Source: Methanomassiliicoccales archaeon (GTDB lineage Archaea; Thermoplasmatota; Thermoplasmata; Methanomassiliicoccales; JAAEEP01). Taken from it: a stretch of 64,000 bases of DNA. The position numbers and the translations under genes are program-made. Location: assembly GCA_046540255.1 (NCBI GenBank), contig JBKHFJ010000006.1:6625-70624 (forward strand), read 5' to 3'. Shown here piece after piece: positions 58,758 through 64,000 of the stretch. The notes under the pieces are model-generated. The model saw only the letters and a list, made by a program, of their open reading frames with translations, was not told the origin of the DNA and did no database searches. Within the stretch, counting starts at the first letter, position 1; every line of letters starts with the position of its first letter.

Positions 58758-59840
58758 TCACCTGTCGGTTTCTCCAAGGCACATGTCTATTGAACCCATG
58801 ATCGAGGGGACGTCCGCTATCTTGTGGCCCTTGAGGATGTAGGGAGCGGCGGCCACGTAGATGAACACCGGACTCCTCACCTTGAGACGGTACGGGGTGT
58901 CGCTTCCGTCGGAGACCACGTACATCAGACCCTCGCCCCGCGGGTCCTCCACCCTGGCGACCGCGGATCCCTCCGGGGCCTTCCTGGGGGCCTTGACCCT
59001 TATCGGGCCCTTGGGCATCTTCTTGAACGCCTGCCTTATGATGTCGCAGCTGATCCTGAACTCGTCCATCCTGACCCGGTAGCGGGCGTAGGTGTCGCAG
59101 GCGTCGTGCCAGGCCACCTCCCAGTCCAGCTCGTCGTACACCGAGTAAGGGTCGTTCTTTCTAAGATCCAGGCGCACGGCGCTCCCCCTCAGGTTGGGAC
59201 CGGTGACGCCCAGGTTCTTGGCGTCCTCCGGCTTGAGGATGCCCAGCCCCTCCGTCCTGATCCGGAAGATCCTGCTCCCGTCGCACAGGTTCTCGTAGTC
59301 ATCGAGCTTGTTCTCGAAGTGGTCCAGGACCCGCAGGGTGTCCCTCTCGAAGTTGTCCGGGAAGTCGTTCCTCACCCCGCCGATCCTTGGGTAGTTGTAG
59401 GTCATCCTGGCTCCTGTGACTCCCTGCAGCAGGTCCAGGAACAGCTCCCTCTCCCTCATGCAGTAGAGCATCAGGGTGAGGCAGCCCAGGTCCGTCCCGA
59501 AGGCGGCCAACCACATCAGGTGGGAGGCGATCCTCTGCAGCTCCAGCACGATGACCCTTATGTACTCGGCCCTCTCCGGTACCTCCAGGTCCATCAGCTC
59601 CTCTATGGTCAGGCAATAGAGGTGCGCCCATGACATGGAGGACCCGTAGCACAGCCGGTCGGAGAGGGGTATGATCTGGGGATAGGTGCGATGCTCGCAA
59701 CTCTTCTCCCAGCCCCTGTGAAGGTAGCCCAGGATGGGCTCCGCATCGGTGATGGTCTCCCCGTCCGCCTTCACCCTGAGGTTCCATAGCCCGTGGGTGA
59801 ACGGATGCTGCGGGCCCATGTTGATCCACATCTCCGCCAT
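58758..59840 (-). CDS. nuoD: Fpo/Nuo subunit D
   Basis: NMGPQHP, GYLHRG and RLCY; no paired CxxC Ni ligands. Confidence 0.93.
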   Translation of the reverse strand: MAEMWINMGPQHPFTHGLWNLRVKADGETITDAEPILGYLHRGWEKSCEHRTYPQIIPLSDRLCYGSSMSWAHLYCLTIEELMDLEVPERAEYIRVIVLELQRIASHLMWLAAFGTDLGCLTLMLYCMRERELFLDLLQGVTGARMTYNYPRIGGVRNDFPDNFERDTLRVLDHFENKLDDYENLCDGSRIFRIRTEGLGILKPEDAKNLGVTGPNLRGSAVRLDLRKNDPYSVYDELDWEVAWHDACDTYARYRVRMDEFRISCDIIRQAFKKMPKGPIRVKAPRKAPEGSAVARVEDPRGEGLMYVVSDGSDTPYRLKVRSPVFIYVAAAPYILKGHKIADVPSIMGSIDMCLGETDR

Positions 59841-59841
59841 G

Positions 59842-60315
59842 TCACGGCCTCCCTCTCAGCTCGAAATCCTTCCTCTGGGGGAAGAATTTGGTATCGTAGG
59901 GCAGGAAGATCCTTCTAAGGTCTGGGTGGTTCTTGAAGATGATGCCCATCATGTCGTAGGTCTCCCGCTCGTGCCAGTCCGCCCCCCTCCAGACGGGGGC
60001 GACCGATTCCACCTCCGGCTCATCGTGATCCAGGTCCACCCGGATCTCCATCATGCAGGAGTTGGCGTATGAGGTGACGTGATACACCATCTGGAACCGA
60101 TCCCTGTAGTCCACCCCGGTAACGCAGGAGTTGTGCTCGAAATCCAGCTCGTCTCTAAGATATCTGCAGAAATCCAGGAGGATATCCTTATCCAGGTTAA
60201 CGTTGATCCTCCTCTTCGAGATGGACTCCACCTCCATGCCGCTGGTGAATCGCTCCTTCAACCTGTCAGTGATGGCCTCCTCGGAAATTCCCTCATTCGG
60301 CCCTAAGAACTCCAC
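59842..60315 (-). CDS. nuoC: Fpo/Nuo subunit C
   Basis: ADWHERETYDMMGI.F..HPDLRRI. Confidence 0.93.
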   Translation of the reverse strand: MEFLGPNEGISEEAITDRLKERFTSGMEVESISKRRINVNLDKDILLDFCRYLRDELDFEHNSCVTGVDYRDRFQMVYHVTSYANSCMMEIRVDLDHDEPEVESVAPVWRGADWHERETYDMMGIIFKNHPDLRRIFLPYDTKFFPQRKDFELRGRP

Positions 60316-60324
60316 GCTATCACC

Positions 60325-60882
60325 TCAGTCCTCCAGGAAGGTACCTCTGGCCTCGGCCCTTATCTTCTCCTGGAGCTTGACGAAACCGTCTATCATGGCC
60401 TCCGGTCTGGGGGGGCACCCGGGTATGTAGATGTCCACCGGGAGGAAGGTGTCCGCCCCCTGCACGATGTTGTAGCAGTCGTACCACGGACCGCCAGATA
60501 TGGCGCACTCCCCCATCGCTATGACCCATTTCGGCTCCGGCATCTGCTCGTACAGCCGCCGCAGGATGGGGCGAAGCTTCTTGGAGATCCACCCATTCAG
60601 CAGCAGGACATCGCACTGTCGGGGTGAGGACCTTGCCAGGATGCCCAATCTTTCCCCATCGAAACGGGGGGCGAACGCCGCGGCGAACTCCAGGGCACAG
60701 CAGGCTATCCCGAAGTGAAGGGGATACAGGGAGAATCTCTGGGACCACTGCCAGAGCGGAGTGGTGACCTTATCTATGGCCTGCTTGGCCCCGGACGCCC
60801 TCATGATGTCGTCCAGGAATTCCCTGGACCAGGACGTGATGTCCTTGGAGTTCATCATGACCACGTTAGGGGAGTCGTTCAT
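60325..60882 (-). CDS. nuoB: Fpo/Nuo subunit B
   Basis: ACCALE, SPRQCD, AMGECA and [10 protein letters not shown]. Confidence 0.93.
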   Translation of the reverse strand: MNDSPNVVMMNSKDITSWSREFLDDIMRASGAKQAIDKVTTPLWQWSQRFSLYPLHFGIACCALEFAAAFAPRFDGERLGILARSSPRQCDVLLLNGWISKKLRPILRRLYEQMPEPKWVIAMGECAISGGPWYDCYNIVQGADTFLPVDIYIPGCPPRPEAMIDGFVKLQEKIRAEARGTFLED

Positions 60883-61238
60883 ATCCAGATCACCTCTTCC
60901 TTCTTCAACGCGTAGGCCACGCCCACAAGGAGGAGGCCAATGAAAACACCCATATAAATCTTGGCTAGATCGGAGAGACCGGAGAAGGACAAGGCCCATA
61001 TCATCAGGAAGACGATGATGATGTCGAAGACGACGAACATGATCGCGAACACGTAGAACTGTACGTGGAACTGTATCTGAGCCTCTCCGATGGGGACCTC
61101 CCCGCACTCGTAGGTGGTGTTCCTCAGCGTGGTCTTCTTGTTCGGTCTAAAGAACTTCGAGGCGAAGAATCCTACCACTGGGACTAGAATCGCCACCAGA
61201 GCGAAAAAGGCGATTGGCAGATAGTCCTCAATGAGCAT
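60879..61238 (-). CDS. nuoA: Fpo/Nuo subunit A
   Basis: YECGE and [12 protein letters not shown]; a TATA (minus-strand TTTAAATA) about 28 nt upstream suggests a leaderless mRNA. Confidence 0.92.
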   Translation of the reverse strand: MLIEDYLPIAFFALVAILVPVVGFFASKFFRPNKKTTLRNTTYECGEVPIGEAQIQFHVQFYVFAIMFVVFDIIIVFLMIWALSFSGLSDLAKIYMGVFIGLLLVGVAYALKKEEVIWI

Positions 61239-61441
61239 CGAAGGGGGCAATAAGGTATCTTTATTTAAATCTTGATACTGTTCGTTCTGCCCAATCCAAT
61301 ACTTCCCTGGCACCCTTGGAGATGCTCTGGGCAAGGGGTGCGAACGGACCCCCTCTCCCTTCCGAATGAGGGCGGATTCATCGGCCCAAGGAGGGACCAC
61401 AATAATATAGGGATTCCCCCCAATAACCAAACGGTGATGGC

Positions 61442-61963
61442 TTGGTCAAACGAGTAGCAATACTGGTGGAGGACGATTACGAGGATATGGAGCTATGGTA
61501 TCCCCTCATCAGGCTGGAGGAGGAAGGGTACGAGGTTAGCGTGGTAGGCATAGAATGTGACTTGTACTTCAGCAAGCACGGGTACGAGGTGGCGGCGGAC
61601 CGATCCATCGATGAGGTGCACACCGACGAGTTCGACGCCGTCCTGGTGCCCGGTGGCTGGGCACCGGACAGGCTGCGCCGACACCCGGGCGTGAACGATT
61701 TCGTCCGCATGATGTTCGAGGGGAATAAGCTGGTGGCCTCCATATGTCACGGGGGTTCGGTCCTCATCTCTGCGGGGATCCTCCGGGGGAAGAAGGCCAC
61801 CTCCGCCTCGGCCATCAGGGACGACATGATAAACGCGGGGGCACGATTCATCGATAACGAGGTCATCTGTGACGGCAACCTCATCACCTCCAGGGGTCCG
61901 AAGGATTTGCCCGCCTTCATGCGGGAGATCATCAAGAGGCTGGCCGGTAAGGAGCCCTGTTGA
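61442..61963 (+). CDS. pfpI: PfpI/DJ-1 family protein
   Basis: YEDME, VPGGWAPD, ICHG, D.NLITSRGP.DL. Confidence 0.92.
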   Translation: MVKRVAILVEDDYEDMELWYPLIRLEEEGYEVSVVGIECDLYFSKHGYEVAADRSIDEVHTDEFDAVLVPGGWAPDRLRRHPGVNDFVRMMFEGNKLVASICHGGSVLISAGILRGKKATSASAIRDDMINAGARFIDNEVICDGNLITSRGPKDLPAFMREIIKRLAGKEPC

Positions 61964-62015
61964 GCTCACAGACTTTAAGTATGATGGTAGGGTTGGCATC
62001 ACGGCTCACTGAGGT

Positions 62016-62831
62016 ATGATTATGGCGAAGGAGATAGGGTTCATAGGGGCCGGCAACATGTCCGAGGCCCTCATGAGCGGGCTGATCGAGAGCGGTCTGT
62101 TCGCCCCCGAGAGCATGATTGCCGGGGAGATCATCCCGGAAAGGAGGAAGTACATCACGGATGAACTGGGCGTGGAGACGACGGATGACAACGCCAAGGT
62201 GGCCAGGTCCGCTCAACTCCTGGTTTTGGCGGTGAAGCCCCAGTACATCGATCCGGTGCTCACCGAGCTCAGACCGCTACTGAGCGGCGATCACCTGGTG
62301 ATCTCCATCGCCGCAGGGGTCTCCCTGGATTATGCAGAGTCCCTCCTGGAACCGGGCGTGAGGGTGGTCCGTGTCATGCCCAACCAGCCCTGCCTGGTGG
62401 GGGCCACGGCGGCCGGGTACGCCCTGGGGACCCACGCCACCAAGGAGGACGAGGCCAAGGTCCAGGAGATACTGGATGCCAACGGGATCGCCTACCGGAT
62501 GGACGAGAAGATGCTGGACGCGGTGACCGGCCTGAGCGGCAGTGGCCCCGCCTTCGTCTACATGGTCATCGAGGCCATGGCCGATGGTGGGGTGCTGGCC
62601 GGACTTCCCAGGGACGTGGCCCTCCGCCTGGCGGCCCAGACGGTCATGGGGGCGGGAAAGACCATAATGGACACCGGGAAGCACCCCGCACACTGGAAGG
62701 ACGTGGTCTCCTCCCCGGCCGGCACCACCATCGAGGGCATACGGGTATTGGAGGAGGCCGGAATGCGGGGGGCGTTCATGTCCGCTGTGGCGGTGGCGGC
62801 CAAGAGGTCGGCCGAGTTGGGCAAGGGGTAG
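62016..62831 (+). CDS. proC: Pyrroline-5-carboxylate reductase
   Basis: [24 protein letters not shown] and SPAGTT. Confidence 0.95.
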   Translation: MIMAKEIGFIGAGNMSEALMSGLIESGLFAPESMIAGEIIPERRKYITDELGVETTDDNAKVARSAQLLVLAVKPQYIDPVLTELRPLLSGDHLVISIAAGVSLDYAESLLEPGVRVVRVMPNQPCLVGATAAGYALGTHATKEDEAKVQEILDANGIAYRMDEKMLDAVTGLSGSGPAFVYMVIEAMADGGVLAGLPRDVALRLAAQTVMGAGKTIMDTGKHPAHWKDVVSSPAGTTIEGIRVLEEAGMRGAFMSAVAVAAKRSAELGKG

Positions 62832-62832
62832 C

Positions 62833-64000
62833 TCACTCCCTCTTCCTCGGTCTGAGCAGGGCCAGGGCCACCCTGGGGGCGTTTCGGAGGACCCCACCGG
62901 TCTCCCACTCCAGCTCCCTCTTCTGACAGATGGTGGACTCCATCAGCTGATATCCCCTCGAGCGGAGGGACTCCAGCCTCCTCTCCCTCTCCTCCTGATC
63001 CTGGAGGGCGAGCGCCTCGTCCAGTTCCCCCATCAGCCTCCTGGCCCGATCGGTCCTCTCCCTCCTGGCCAGGTACTCCTCCTCCCCGATCTGGTCGCAC
63101 TCGAAACGGATGTCGTTGAGCAGCTCGGCCGCGTCGTAGGAGGTCTCCGCAATCTGGTCCCTGTCCATCCACACGGTCTCGTAGGAGAGGGTCTCCTTCC
63201 AGCTGGGACTGGTCAGCCTCTGGCGGTGCTCCTCCAGGGTCCTGGCGAACAGCCTGTAGCCGTACCTCTCCGGGTTCTCGAAGGCCAGGCTGCCCGGGTC
63301 CAGGAAGGGGGCCAGCGGTGCGGTGTAGGGGACCAGCCTGGGGTCGTTGTCCACCAGTGAGTAGAGGTGTCGAACGTACTCGGAGCTGGCCAGGGCGGAG
63401 TCCCTGTCTTGACCGGGGAGACCGGTCATGAAGAAGATGTCGAACCTCTCGCACCCATGGTCCAGAGACTTCCTTATGGTGTCCTCCATGGCCCGGTTGG
63501 AGTAGTGCCGGCCCAGCATGCTCCTCACCCGGTCGTCGTGGGAGTCGGGGGAGATCTCCAGGGAGAAGCCCTCCAGGTTCCTCTCCATCATCTGGAGGAG
63601 CTCCTGGTCGGCCGGCCGGAACAGCTCGAAGGCGATGCGGTTCTTGACCCCCAGCCTCCTGGCCTCGGTGAGCATCCTCTCCGCCCACCTCCTCCCGGCC
63701 ATCCGGATGTCCCCCACCACGAAGGTGGGCGCCCGGAAGTAGGTCTGGATGTTGTACAGGTCGGCGGCCACCTTCTCCGGGCTCCTGAACGCCGGCCGCT
63801 CCCTGCCCAGGAAGGTGCGCATGGCCTGGCAGGATCCCCCGCACTCCGCGCAGTTCAACCAGCAACCCTTCACCGGGATGACCACGGTGAGGGGATTCCT
63901 GTCCCAGTCCTTCCAGGGCTTGAACCCCTCCAGGTCGCGGTAGCGCAGCACCGCCTTCACCATCCACCCGTAGTCGATGTCCAGGTAGTCAAGGTCCTCC
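62833..64000 (-). CDS. Radical SAM protein, probably B12-binding (Ta0216/TIGR04190-like), 5' end outside window
   Basis: KGCWLNCAECGGS (CxxxCxxC), SPDSHD, FFMTGLP and PFLDPGS. The B12 domain itself is not visible. Confidence 0.75.
   Translation of the reverse strand, partial: EDLDYLDIDYGWMVKAVLRYRDLEGFKPWKDWDRNPLTVVIPVKGCWLNCAECGGSCQAMRTFLGRERPAFRSPEKVAADLYNIQTYFRAPTFVVGDIRMAGRRWAERMLTEARRLGVKNRIAFELFRPADQELLQMMERNLEGFSLEISPDSHDDRVRSMLGRHYSNRAMEDTIRKSLDHGCERFDIFFMTGLPGQDRDSALASSEYVRHLYSLVDNDPRLVPYTAPLAPFLDPGSLAFENPERYGYRLFARTLEEHRQRLTSPSWKETLSYETVWMDRDQIAETSYDAAELLNDIRFECDQIGEEEYLARRERTDRARRLMGELDEALALQDQEERERRLESLRSRGYQLMESTICQKRELEWETGGVLRNAPRVALALLRPRKRE

Noticed and set aside
58758-60882. 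nuoB/C/D as a group 4 [NiFe] hydrogenase
   Set aside because: The large subunit has only RLCY and DMCL, without the two CxxC nickel-binding pairs.

Overview
A high-GC, densely coded archaeal chromosomal segment. Gene content points to Thermoplasmatota, most consistent with a Methanomassiliicoccales-like anaerobe (inference from an 11-module Fpo/Nuo complex with split J and no E/F/G head, HdrA-MvhD-HdrD plus HdrCB, DUF166, DUF835, split archaeal glutamate synthase, Alba, PCNA, TFS and Csl4). No mcr or methyltransferase gene is in the window, so methanogenesis is not shown. Main blocks: AMP-salvage operon with a catalytically complete form III RuBisCO (1358-5053); coupled PolX and NAD-dependent ligase (5092-8885); GDH; ATP ligase, GGR and Taw2; transketolase-transaldolase; TFS-PCNA; Hdr/Mvh cluster (26041-32965) interrupted by a broken SelB-like gene; three tandem KaiC-like ATPases; an intron-containing tRNA-Val(CAC); a Cys-rich regulator/small protein/COG0523 module; gltB1-B2-B3 behind a structured 5' leader; and a prenyl synthase and GGR just downstream of the fpo/nuo operon. 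I found no rRNA, CRISPR array, integrase or IS element. The best candidates for undescribed systems are the KaiC triad, the four-cluster NuoI headless complex with its Hdr and prenyl context, the metal/redox-sensing module, the glt leader RNA and two in-frame stop codons. All family calls are from motif recognition by eye, not database searches.
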